DNA of 61,639 nt from Macrostomum lignano. Taxonomy: Eukaryota. Under the pieces are notes generated by a model. It did not search any database and was not told the DNA's origin. It saw nothing but the letters and a program-made list of their open reading frames with translations. Location: assembly GCA_002269645.1 (NCBI GenBank), contig NIVC01004077.1, positions 1-61,639 of the forward strand, read 5' to 3'. Position 1 is the first letter of the stretch; every line of letters starts with the position of its first letter. Position numbers and translations under genes: made by a program. Of the stretch, positions 26,025-38,600 are shown one piece after another.

Positions 26025-28194
26025 ATGGCCGACTTTCTCAAAGCATTCGAGTCCATCGACACCGACTTTAGCGGCGAGATCACCCGCGAGGAGCTCGAGG
26101 CCTACTGCAAGCGGCAGAACTTTGACGAAAAGTTCACTCAGGTGTGCGAGACTGACATTTTTGTAGTTTGCATTTTGTTGGCACTGTCTGTCACTCCTAA
26201 CTGACACTTTCTGTCACTCCCATCTGACCCTTTCTGTCACTCCCATCTGATACTTTCTGTCACTCCCATCTGACACTTTCTGTCACTCCCATCTGACACT
26301 TTCTGTCACTCCCATCTGACACTTTCTGTCACTCCCATCTGACACTTTCTGTCACTCCCATCTGGCTCTTTCTGTCACTCCCATCTGACACTTTCTGTCA
26401 CTCCCATCTGACACTTTCTGTCACTCCGATCTGACACTTTCTGTCACTCCCATCTGACACTTTCTGTCACTCCCATCTGACACTTTCTGTCACTCCCATC
26501 TGACACTTTCTGTCACTCCCATCTGACACTTTCTGTCACTCCCATCTGACACTTTCTGTCACTCCCATCTGACACTTTCTGTCACTCCCATCTGATACTT
26601 TCTTGGACTCCCATCTTTCTGTCACTTGTATCCGATTTCTACCTTTTAATTACCTTTAACTCGGCCTTCAGTATCAAATGCCCGCAAAGACGCTCCTTGG
26701 CAAAATTACAGCCGAACAGAAATGCTATTGTCTGGCATGTCATGGCTGTATGGGAACAAGAACGCTGGGGAGAAAAAGTAGCATCTCCCGGCAGTGCACG
26801 CTCGCGCCTCCTACTAATGTACATTAACCTCACGTGACCCCTTGCTGGTCTTCCCAGACGTCCTCCTCTCTCCCTGTGGGGGTCCATTGAGTGGGCAGAT
26901 GTGCTGGAGGATAGGTGTGTGTTGAAAGCGGGCAGCCACCCCAACCGGAACATTTGCCATTTCTTCTTGTCTTGCGGGGCCTTCATGCAGCTTTGGCTGC
27001 AGAGCGAGTGAGTGGCTCACGAGGCGTGCAGAGCCGGGCCAAGTCCAGTGCAGGCCAGCAGTAAACACGGACTGCATTTAGCTAGGCTAAACCTGTCACT
27101 TAGCCAAGGGCGGCCGCCCCTTCTGGTGGCACCAAATCAGAGTCATGTGCGACCTACTCAGCGCCTTCGAGTGCATCGACACGGACCACAGCGGTGCCAT
27201 CACGAAGGACGAGCTGCTGGACTACTGCCGGGAGAATGGGCTGGACATGAACTTCGTGCAGGTGACGCCGGAGTGGCCCGTTGCTAAGAGCCGAGTGTGC
27301 CTTAGCAACGTCGCAATTTTGGCCTCTGATTCGGCAATCCATTGGCTAGATTAGCAATCCACTAGCTAGATTAGCAATAGATTGGATAGATTAGTAATCC
27401 ATTGGATAGATTAGAAATCCACTGGCTAGATTAGCAATCCCCTAGCTAGATTAGCAATCCACTAGCTAGATTAGCAATCCATTGGCTATCTGGGGATCCA
27501 CTGATTAGAGAAGCAAGCAATTTAAGCAACCCTTTGCAGCTTCCTCGAATCCATGCTATTCGGATCTCCTGTTTCTGACCTAGCTGTCACGTGATCCCCA
27601 GTTTAGTACACAAAGCCGCCAACCCGTCCGCAGAAATGGCTGAACCTGTTCGACATTGACAACTCAGGCACCATTTCTATCGAGGAATACTGCGAGGTGC
27701 TCGGCCTGAAGCCCAACGAAGATTACATGTGAGCAACAGAGCTATCAGTACTTTTAACCATGTTGGCCTTTCTGGTAGGCTGAGAATGCTTAAAGTCGAA
27801 TTCGACACGAGTACAATGCCACCTAACTTGCAGCGAAAAAGTCACGGAGCAGCGAGTCCAAGCGGGCGCGGCTGGCGCTGACGACGACCGGGACGACATG
27901 GACGGCGTGCGGATCATCGCGCTGGACAAGGAGATGCCCGAGGACCTGCAGCGGCTGATCGTCCGGCTGGCCAGGAAGGCCCAGGACGAGTTTTCCGTGG
28001 AGAAGGACGTCGCCAAGTACATCAAGTCGGAGCTGGACAGCCTCGACCAGCGGGCCTGGCACGTCATCGTCGGCCGATTCCAGTACGGCTCCTACTGCAC
28101 ACACGAGATCGGCTGCATGTTCCACTTCTTCGTGAACCGGTTCGCCATTCTGGTGTGGCGAACCCCGACTACTGAGCTGGGCCTGGCTTCCTGA
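26025..28194 (+). CDS. TAL: Tegumental-allergen-like (TAL) protein, 2 EF-hands + dynein light chain-like domain, 190 aa; alternative first exons 26025-26141 or 27145-27261, then 27634-27728 and 27834-28194
   Basis: EF loops DTDFSGEITREE / DTDHSGAITKDE and DIDNSGTISIEE. DLC-like EKDVAKYIKSELDS...WHVIVGRFQYGSYCTHE..MFHF. Splice phases 0 and 2 are consistent; 573 nt total. Confidence 0.9.
26200..26625. repeat. 23-bp intronic minisatellite CTGACACTTTCTGTCACTCCCAT
   Basis: Directly visible, downstream of TAL exon 1a. Confidence 0.97.
27345..27490. repeat. 20-bp intronic repeat CTAGATTAGCAATCCA(C/T)T(A/G)G
   Basis: Directly visible, downstream of TAL exon 1b. Confidence 0.9.
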
Positions 28195-28253
28195 GCAACC
28201 AACTGCGAATGCGTTCTGGCTGTCTGGCTTCTATAGGGGAAGCTCATTGTTTG

Positions 28254-28520
28254 GGGTCAAGCCTAGACTAGATTTGGGTCAAGCATGATTCAGATTTGGG
28301 TCAAGCATGGTTCAGATTTGGGTCAAGCCTAGACTAGATTTGGGTCAAGCATGGTTCAGATTTGGGTTAAGCCTAGACTAGATTTGGGTCAAGCCTAGAC
28401 TAGATTTGGGTCAGGCCTAGACTAGATTTGGGTCAAGCATGATTCAGATTTGGGTCAAGCTTAGACTTGATTTGGGTCAAGCATGATTCAGATTTGTTTT
28501 AGGTCAGATTGGGTCAGGCA
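28254..28520. repeat. 22-bp repeat GGGTCAAGC(CTAGACT/ATGATTC)AGATTT in the probable TAL 3' UTR
   Basis: Starts ~60 nt after the stop, upstream of an AATAAA near 28628. Confidence 0.92.
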
Positions 28521-29094
28521 TGGACATGTCACAGCAGCCTTAGGACCTAAATGATCGCAGTCGCAGAAAACTTCTCAGACTTTATGCTTAGCCAAATCAG
28601 TGTATCGTTTATATGCTATTTCATAATAATAAATTTGACTATATTTTTTCAAACGCTTTCCAACTCATAAATCGTGCAGCTCATAGGCTTTAATATCGAT
28701 ATTTTTGGCGAAATCTTTAATCCAAAAATGTGCGTTTTCATTTCTGGTTTATTAAACAACTTTTAACCATATCACAAGGAGCAGCACGTGAGAGTTGTGG
28801 ATTGAGACTCAACAGAGTCAAACAACTTACCAACAAGCTCACCAAATTAGTCTATTTTTTGTATGCACGAGGTGTCAAAATCCTTATGCTCAGTCCACCC
28901 CCTTCAGGTATGCGTGCGATATGAATAAACAAAGTTAGTTAACGAGTGAGTTTGCCAATGGCTCAATTAAAAATTTGCTTTCGTTCTTTTTGCATTTGAG
29001 GTGAGGCCGGTTCTGAATTTTCTGGATATTGAAATATATGGATATGTGCCCCGGTCTCTTGAAGTCTCTGACATCCCAAAACTGGTTCTCTGGG

Positions 29095-29730
29095 ACGGAT
29101 CGAGGGCGATTCTCAGAGCGATTCTAAGGGGGTGGGCGGATCGTGGGCGATTCTAAAGGGGGTGGGCGGATTGAAAGCGATTCTAAGGGGCTGGGGCGGA
29201 TTGAAGGCGATTCTAAGGGGCTGGGCGGATTGAAAGCGATTCTAAGGGGCTGGGGCGGATTGAAGGCGGTTCTAAAGGGGTGGGGGCGGATTGAAGGCGA
29301 TTCTAAGGGGCTGGGGCGGATTAAAGGCGATTCTAAGGGCGTGGGGCGGATTGAAGGCGATTCTAAGGGGCGTGGGGCGGATTGAAGGCGATTCTAAGGG
29401 GTGGGGGCGGATTGAAGGCGATTCTAAGGGGCTGGGGCGGATTGAAGGCGATTCTAAGGGGCTGGGGCGGATTGAAGGCGATTCTAAGGGGCTGGGGCGG
29501 ATTGAAGGCGATTCTAAGGGGCTGGGGCGGATTGAAGGCGATTCTAAGGGGCTGGGGCGGATTGAAGGCGATTCTAAGGGGCTGGGGCGGATTGAAGGCG
29601 ATTCTAAGGGCGTGGGGCGGATTGAAGGCGATTCTAAGGGGCTGAGGCGGATTGAGTGCGATTCTAAAGGGGGTGGGCGGATCGAGGGCGATTCTCAGGG
29701 TTGCAGAGGGTCAAGGGCGATTCTCAGGCT
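29095..29730. repeat. 30-bp minisatellite GGGGCGGATTGAAGGCGATTCTAAGGGGCT
   Basis: Directly visible; source of the GRIEGDSKGL and GGLKAILRGW periodic ORFs. Confidence 0.97.
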
Positions 29731-30164
29731 TGGATCAAGTGCAATTTTAGTAAACAGACGATCGGAAGAGATATCAGTAGCGGATCAGTTAACTAATTGC
29801 TACAGAATAAGTGTAGAGTTGTGCCCACCAGAGCCCCCAGTCCTGCAATACAGTAAACACCAGCGCAGTTTCAGATGTAGCAAAACTAGTCTTCAGCTTT
29901 AATGGATGCAGAAAGATACGGCAAAGAGCAATCAGCGGACCCAATTAGCCCCTGCCAAGTTCGAATGCCCGCCCCAGAGCCTAAACAGGCGGATTGAGCT
30001 GGGCTGCAGAAAACTAGAAGGCTGCACCCACACCGCCGCAATGCGTTTGCATGACTTTTAACGAATCTCTCTTAGTCTGCTTGACTGTTTATCTCACCCT
30101 CCCTGTCTCCCCAATCCAATGTCTCACCCTCCCTGTCTCCCCTTTTCACATTTCACCCTCAAAC

Positions 30165-31256
30165 TGACTCACCCTTAATTACCCCACTCACCCTTAATTA
30201 CCCTACTCACCCTTAATTACCCTACTCACCCTTAATTACCCTACTCACCCTTAATTACCCCACTCACCCTTAATTACCCTACTCACCCTTAATTACCCTA
30301 CTCACCCTTAATTACCCTACTCACCCTTAATTACCCCACTCACCCTTAATTACCCTACTCACCCTTAATTACCCTACTCACCCTTAATTACCCTACTCAC
30401 CCTTAATTACCCCACTCACCCTTAATTACCCTACTCACCCTTAATTACCCTACTCACCCTTAATTACCCTACTCACCCTTAATTACCCCACTCACCCTTA
30501 ATTACCCTACTCACCCTTAATTACCCCACTCACCCTTAATTACCCCACTCACCCTTAATTACCCTACTCACCCTTAATTACCCCACTCACCCTTAATTAC
30601 CCTACTCACCCTTAATTACCCTACTCACCCTTAATTACCCTACTCACCCTTAATTACCCTACTCACCCTTAATTACCCCACTCACCCTTAATTACCCCAC
30701 TCACCCTTAATTACCCCACTCACCCTTAATTACCCCACTCACCCTTAATTACCCTACTCACCTTCAAACTGTCTCACCCTTAATTACCCTACTCACCCTC
30801 AAACTGTCTCACCCTTAATTACCCTACTCACCATCAAACTGTCTCACCCTTAATTACCCTACTCACCCTCAAACTGTCTCACCCTTAATTACCCTACTCA
30901 CCCTCAAACTGTCTCACCCTTAATTACCCTACTCACCCTCAAACTGTCTCACCCTTAATTACCCTACTCACCATCAAACTGTCTCACCCTTAATTACCCT
31001 ACTCACCCTCAAACTGTCTCACCCTTAATTACCCTACTCACCCTCAAACTGTCTCACCCTTAATTACCCTACTCACCCTCAAACTGTCTCACCCTTAATT
31101 ACCCTACTCACCCTCAAACTGTCTCACCCTTAATTACCCTACTCACCCTCAAACTGTCTCACCCTTAATTACCCTACTCACCCTCAAACTGTCTCACCCT
31201 TAATTACCCTACTCACCCTCAAACTGTCTCACCCTTAATTACCCTACTCACCCTAC
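30165..31256. repeat. 19-bp array CTCACCCTTAATTACCC(T/C)A switching at ~30765 to a 35-bp higher-order unit (19+16)
   Basis: Directly visible; AAACTGT recurs every 35 nt in the right half. Confidence 0.97.
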
Positions 31257-32274
31257 TACCCCCCCCCTGGTAAACGGGCAAGCCCAGACCAGTCAGAGTC
31301 CTGACTGACAGCAACAGAGGCGAGAAGACAGCAAAACATTTAACGAATGCGGAGCGGGAGAATTAATATAACGTTTATAATATATAATTATAATAAGAAT
31401 AAACCACAGACTAGAATAGTAGATGATGCCGCACAGGTCCCCAGTCTAATGGCATTAGTTACACAACTCATGCACAGTGCAGGCAATCATATCAGTAATT
31501 ATAGAATATTGAATTATTAGCAACTCAGAGCTGGGGGGCAACGGGGCAGCAACTGGGAGCTAAAAATATCTTTTTTCACCTGTCAGCCCGGTGAGCATGT
31601 AGCAATAAATTCCTAATAAGAATTCATAAGCATAGTTATAACAAATTTACACTGTTTCATAGAAAAAGTTAGCCAATTTCAGTTCCAGGAAACGTCAGAC
31701 AACAACAGATTAAGATGAAGCAAGCTGGGTCTGGAAGCAAAACTCGGGGACAACAGCAAAAGGGGAACTGCGGGGATGCCGATTGCGGATCAGTGAGGCA
31801 ATCAACACGAACCAGTGCACAAGTTTAAATGCGTCAGCATTGCATCAGGGTGACAAAAAAAACAGTTTGAATTATAGAAAAAAACTGACTTGGATCAGCT
31901 GATATTAACAAAACTTAGCAAAAGCAGGAAAAGCAGACTTTAAAAAATAAAAAAGAGATAAACGTGAAGTTTCGGTGTGAAAAAAAAGACAAGATGAGAG
32001 CTCGGCATGACATTGCGCCAGAGTAAAACAAGGCCACCCCAGCAGACTACAGACTAGTAGTAGCAACAGGGCGAGTAGCAATGCAAGCTGTTTTATTTAT
32101 TTATTAAATTACTTTCTGATAAGAGATCGGAGGGAAAGCAGGGTTGAATGAGGAAAAAACTCAAAATTTGGGAATAAAAATATCTGAGAGTTATTGCGAA
32201 ATAAGCAGAGCAGACGCTTAATGCATTCACTTGTGCTGAGCGATACATGCGACTTCACTAAAACTGAAGGGGTT

Positions 32275-32588
32275 TTTGGGGTGGGGATTAAGGGGGGGGG
32301 GCGATTCTCGGGTTGGGGATTAAGGGGGGCGATAATCTGGGTGGGGATCAAGGGGGCGATTCTGTGGGTGGGGATTAAGGGGGGCGATTCTCTGGGAGGA
32401 GATTAAGGGGGGCGATTCTCTGGTTGGGGATTAAGGGGGCCGATTCTGTGGGTGGGGATCAAGGGGGCGATTCTCTGGGTGGGGATCAAGGGGGGCGATT
32501 CTCTGGGTGGGGATCAAGGGGGGCGATTCTCTGGGTGGGGATTAAGGGGGGCGATTCTGAGGGTGGGGATTAAGGGCGATTCTGAGGG
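32275..32588. repeat. ~28-bp minisatellite AAGGGGGGCGATTCTCTGGGTGGGGAT(T/C), probably in the RhoGEF 3' UTR
   Basis: Lies between the RhoGEF stop (32690) and a minus-strand AATAAA cluster near 32095. Confidence 0.93.
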
Positions 32589-32689
32589 TCTGGTCAGTTG
32601 ATATTTTTCATTTAGCTTCAGTCAGGGCTGCAACTGAATGACGGATTACGCAGGAAAGCCGGTGGTAAAGGCGCGGTCGCAGGGCGCAC

Positions 32690-35600
32690 TCAGTTGTGCT
32701 GGAAGCGGTTTACCAGGTTCGCCACGGTGCCCCTGCGCGGCCGGTCCTCCTCGTCGACATCCCCGCCTTCCGACGAGCCGGCAGCAGCGGCGGCCGCGGC
32801 GGCGGCACCAGACGTCCCGGAGGCTTCGCTGACGGCGAGCGGCGCCGACGGCGGCTGCGATGGTGGCGGAGGCGGAGGCGGCCGCCCGCTGCTGCCGCTG
32901 GCCGGGGGCCGGGGAGGCTTCGCCGGCGGGTCAAGCAGGGCCCGCTTCCAGTAGAGGTTCTCCTGCGACCAGTCCTGGGTGCGGCGCCACTGCTGCTGCT
33001 GCTGATGATGCTGATGATGCTGGGACTTGTTGGAGTCCTCATCATCCGCGTACGGCAGCGAGTCCAGAACGTGAGCGGCGGTCAACGGGGACTGCGGCTG
33101 CTGCTGCGGCGGTGGCGGCGACGGAGCCTTGCGGGACTTCGTGGCGCTGCGCCTGGACACCGGGGCGCTGGTGGGGGCGGCCGCCTGCGGCTGCGACCCC
33201 CGCTGTTCGCCGTTTCTGTGCGGCTGTCGGGCTGCGGATTTCGACGATGTCGACTGTGGCGGCGGCGGCGGCGGCGGCTCAGCGGCTGGCGGCCGAGTGC
33301 CGGACGGCAGACGGCGGCTGGGCGCGATGGCGCCATTCAGGATGTCGCTCTCCTGCCTGGCCCTGGCGTCCTTGTTGGCGAATGAGCGGATGAACTTCTG
33401 CACGCTGCTGCCGTCGCCTCCGCCTTCGCCGCCGCCCCTCCGTTGCCGTTGCTGCTTTTCGGAGCCGGGGGTGCGGGTGCGCGGGCCCGCCGAGTCGGCT
33501 GCTGCTGTTGCCGCTGCTGCTGTTGCTGCTGCCGCTGCTGTTGCTGCTGCCGCTGCTGTTGCTGCTTCTGGGCCGGAAGGAACACGCCACTATCTGACGA
33601 GGCCGAGTCGTTCCGCTTCAGGTGCAAATGCGACGCCGCCGGGACCGCGGCAACGGCGGCGGCTGCCGGAGCAGCGCTGCTCGAACTGGCCGAAGAGTTT
33701 TTGCGCCAGGCGGATTTGATCTCGCCGAGGACGGCGCTGACAACCGACTGGCTGCGCTGCTGCTTGGAGGGCTGCTGTTGCTGCTGCTCCGACACCTGGA
33801 TGATTCGAGTCGGCGTGGCCGCTGCCGGCCCGACTCCAAACGAGGTGGCGATGCGGCTGACGATGCGCCTCGGCGAGGAGTCGGCGGAGGATGGCGGCGT
33901 GTTGCCCGGGGAGCCGCCGCCGCCGCCGCCAGCGGCCTGGTCGCCGTTGCCCGACACAGTGTCGACGCGCAGCTGCCTCAGAGGCCGCAGAATCTCGTCG
34001 ATGTCGGTTTCAGTTAGGGCAATTTTCTTTTTAGTCTTCTCGATGTACTTATCGTAGGCTCGGCCGAACACGACGTTGTCGTAGTTGCCCTTGGGGCAGT
34101 GAATGTACAGCGGCGAGGACTCTGAGCCCTTTGAACAGCCGTTGCCGCTGCCGTTTCCGCTAGAGGGGCCCGCCGATGCCGCCGCCGCTGCCGCCACTGC
34201 AGCCGCCGACACAGCGGCCGACTTGTCGATGGCGGCGCGCAGGATGTCGCTGCCGCGGCCGGCGCTCGGCTGCCTGCGGTGGCCTCCGCCGCCACCGCCG
34301 CCGAAGCCGCCGCTGCCTGCAGTCCGCGGCGAGGTGCCGTAGACAACGGCAGCTGAGGTGCCGGAAGCGCCAAGAACCTCTTCGTTGATCTCGATGGCGA
34401 TGGAGGTGAAGTCGGCGTCTGGACCGGACAGGAAACCGCCAGGCGAGCCGGCGGGGGCAGCGGCGGCGGCGGCTTCACCGTCCATCTCGGCGGAGCTGTC
34501 CGACGAGGAGCCGCACCTGCGGGAGCACAGGTTTGTGGACCGCAGTCAATTATTTTGGTGACATCCACAGGGTGATTTTGGGGCGATTCTCAGGGTGATT
34601 TGGGTGGCGATTCTCAGTGTGACTTCGGGGCGATTCTCAGGGTGATTTGGGGGCGATTCTTAGGGTGATTTGGGGGCGATTCTCAGGGTGATTTGGGGGC
34701 GATTCTCAGGGTGACTTCGGGGCGATTCTCAGGGTGATTTGGGGGCGATTCTCAGTGTGACTTCGGGTGATTCTCATGGTGATTTGGGTGGCGATTCTCA
34801 GTGTGACTTCGGGGCGATTCTCAGTGTGACTTCGGGGCGATTCTTAGGGTGATTTGGGGGCGATTCTCGGGGTGATTTGGGGGCGATTCTCAGTGTGACT
34901 TCGGGGCGATGCTTAGGGTGATTTTGAGGCAATTCTCAGAGTGCTTTTGGGGCGATTCTCAGTATGACTTCGGGCGATTCTCAGGGTGATTTGGGGGCGA
35001 TTCTCAGTGTGACTTCGGGGCGATTCTCAGGGTGACTTCGGGGCGATTCTCAGTGTGACTTCGGGGCGATTCTCAGTATGACTTCGGGGCGATTCTCAGG
35101 GTGATTTGGGGGCGATTCTCAGTGTGACTTCGGGCGATTCTCATGGTGATTTGGGGGCGATTCTCAGTGAGACTTCGGGGCGATTCTCAGTGTGACTTCG
35201 GGGCGATTCTCAGGGTGATTTGGGGGCGATTCTCAGTGTGACTTCGGGCGATTCTCATGGTGATTTGGGGGCGATTCTCAGTGAGACGTCGGGGCGATTC
35301 TCAGTGTGACTTCGGGCGATTCTCAGGGTGACTTCGGGGCGATGCTTAGGGTGATTTTGAGGCAATTCTCAGAGTGCTTTTGGGGCGATTCTCAGTGTGA
35401 CTTCGGGCGATTCTCAGGGTGATTTGGGGGCGATTCTCAGGGTGATTTGGGGGCGATTCTCAGTGTGACTTCGGGCGATTCTCAGGGTGACTTCGGGGCG
35501 ATTCTCAGTGAGACTTCGGGGCGATTCTCAGGGTGACTTCGGGGCGATTCTCAGTGAGACTTCAGGGCGATTCTCAGTGAGACTTCAGGGCGATTCTCAG

Positions 35601-38600
35601 GGTGACTTCGGGGCGATTCTCAGTGAGACTTCGGGGCGATTCTCAGGGTGACTTCGGGGCGATTCTCAGTGTGACTTCGGGGCGATTCTCAGGGTGATTT
35701 GGGGGCGATTCTCAGTGTGACTTCGGGGCGATTCTCAGTGTGACTTCGGGGCGATTCTCAGGATGACTTCGGGGCGGTTCTCAGGTGTATATAAGGACAA
35801 CTCCCGAACTCGAAATTCATTCGAATAGCAAACCTGGTAGTCCTGGTGAAGATCTCCTTGAGCGCCTCCTCATGATAGCGGAGCAGGTCGCCGAGGTCCT
35901 CAGTGCTGGAGTAGCAGCGGGAGACGGGGCGCGACCGCTGCAAGGGGGCGGCCACCTCCAGCTGCTCGTCCGAGTTGTTCCGGCGCAGTCCGGCAGCGGG
36001 CCGCTCAGGCGAGGAGATGTGCAGCTCCCGCCTGCCGGACGAATGATTGCGGCGCCGGCCAGATGGCGGAGGCGACTGCGACTCGGCGACCGTGGCAGGC
36101 GCGGCTGCGGCGGCGGCTCCGTTGCAGTTCTGGTTCAACAGCTCGCTCATGTTGAGCACAATGTGCTTGGCCTTCTCCGGTATTGTGGCCTCGTAGTTCT
36201 CAATAATGAGCCGCTTGATGTCGCGGCACCACTGCGCCTTCTGGTCGATGCGGCGGGCCTGCAGGGTGAGCTGGCATTTGGGATTGTCGAATGGCAGAAT
36301 GTGGAAGCTGAGCTGCTCCTTGGGAATGGACTCGATGAGCATGAGGTTGGCGCAGCGGATGATCTCCTTGATGGCCAGGCAGCCGTTCTGCAGCCGCTTG
36401 GTGAGCAGGATGGCCTTGTGGAAGAGGAACACCTGGCGGGCGCCCTTGTGCCCGTGGATGCGAAAGCTGTCCTCGCGCACCAGCTCACCCAGGCTGCCGA
36501 TGTCCAGGTGGGCGGACTTCAGCAGCGACTTGAGCTCCTCCACCCGGAGCGCGTGCTCGTGCCGGCGCTGCACCTCATTGATGTCCGAGGCGATGCCGGT
36601 CATGCCGTCCAGGGCGGCCTTGATGTGCCGATCGGCGTCGCCGCTGGGGGCGGATTTCTGCAGGCTCTGGGGCGGAGGAGGGGCGGATAGTTAAAAATAT
36701 AGAATTTCCATGAAGGCAAATCCATATATTACTAAGGTGAGATTCAGGGTGGATTTAGCAAACCTAGCAGAAGCAGGGGCGGAACAGGAGCGGATTTATG
36801 GACAGCTTTAGGGGCGGATTGTAGTGGATTTCTAAGAACTTTCTAAGACCGAAATAGGAGCGGATTTATACAAGCCGTTAGGGGGCGGAACAGGGGCGGA
36901 TTTATACAAGCCGTTAGGGGGCGGAACAGGGGCGGATTTATCCAAGCCGTTAGGGGGCGGAACAGGGGCGGATTTATACAATCCGTTAGGGGGCGGAAAA
37001 GGGGCGGATTTATACAAGCCGGTAGGGCGGAACAAGGGCGGATTTATTTATACAAGCCGTTAGGGGGCGGAACAGGGGCGGATTTATACAAGCCGTTAGG
37101 GGCAGAACAGGGGCGGATTTATACAAGCCGTTAGGGGGCGGAACAGGGGCGGATTTATACAAGCCGTTAGGGGCAGAACAGGGGCGGATTTATACAAGCC
37201 GTTAGGGGGCGGAACAGGGGCGGATTTATACAAGCCGTTTAGGGGCAGAACAGGGGCGGATTTATACAAGCCGTTTAGGGGCAGAACAGGGGCGGATTTA
37301 TACAGGCCGTTAGGGGCGGAACAGGGGCGAATTTATACAGGCCGTTAGGGGCGGAACAGGGGCGGATTCTATTCAGTGCGGCGGATTTCCACAAGGGGCG
37401 GAGCGGGCAGATTTGAAGGCAAATTGGTTTAGAAAACATTGCCAGTTATTCATCGCCGAAGAGCAAAAACTTAGCGAAGGAAAGTTTAACCAGTGGCACG
37501 CGGCCCCGTGTTTACCAAAGAGCAAAGAGAACTGGCGCAGCGGCAAGCAAGCATCCAAGGACTCACCATGAGCAGCAGGTGGTATTTGAGTATCCGCTGC
37601 ACTGGCTTCAGCAGGTAGGTCTGCAGAGGCAGGCACAGCTCCAGGGCTTGCTGGCGGGCAGACAGGTAGGCCCTGGCCTCGGACTGAGATTGAACCTCCT
37701 CTAGGTGGGCCAGGGAGCTGCAGGGGGGATGCGATAGACCTAGTGATGCGGTGTTTTCAATTGAGTCCGCATGGACTGCAGTTTCCCGCTACACATTCTT
37801 CATTCTGCCATCTCTTCCTCTCCCTCATCCCCTCCCTCCTCTCCTTCATCCCCTCCCTCCTCTCCCTCATCCCCTCCCTCCTCTCCCTCATCCCCTCCCT
37901 CCTCTCCCTCATCCCCTCCCTCCTCTCAATCATCCCCTCCCTCCTCTCCCTCCTCTCCCTCATCCCCTCCCTCCTCTCCCTCATCCCTCCCTCCTCTCCG
38001 TCATCCCCTCCCTCCTCTCCTTCATCCCCTCGCTCCTCTCCCTCATCCCCTCCCTCCTCTCCCTCATCCCCTCCCTCCTCTCCCTCATCCCCTCCCTCCT
38101 CTCAATCATCCCCTCCCTCCTCTCCCTCCTCTCCCTCATCCCCTCCCTCCTCTCCCTCATCCCCTCCCTCCTCTCCCTCATCCCCTCCCTCCTCTCCCTC
38201 ATCCCCTCCCTCCTCTCCCTCATCCCCTCCCTCCTCTCCCTCATCCCCTCCCTCCTCTCCCTCATCCCCTCCCTCCTCTCCCTCATACCCTCCCTCCTTT
38301 CCTTCATCCCCTCCCTCCTCTCCCTCATCCCCTCCCTCCTCTTCCTCATCCCCTCCCTCCTCTCCCTCATCCCCTCCCTCCTCTCCCTCATCCCCTCCCT
38401 CCTCTCCCTCCTCTCCCTCATCCCCTCCCTCCTCTCCCTCATCCCCTCCCTCCTCACCCTCATCCCCTCCCTCCTCTCCCTCATCCCCTCCCTCCTCTCC
38501 CTCCTCTCCCTCATCCCCTCCCTCCTCTCCCTCATCCCCTCCCTCCTCTCCCTCATCCCCTCCCTCCTCTTCCTATCCCCTCCCTCCTCTCCCTCATCCC

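Noticed and set aside
30165-31256. Interstitial telomere
   Set aside because: The unit is 19 bp and contains TTAAGGG/TAGGG, not tandem TTAGGG.
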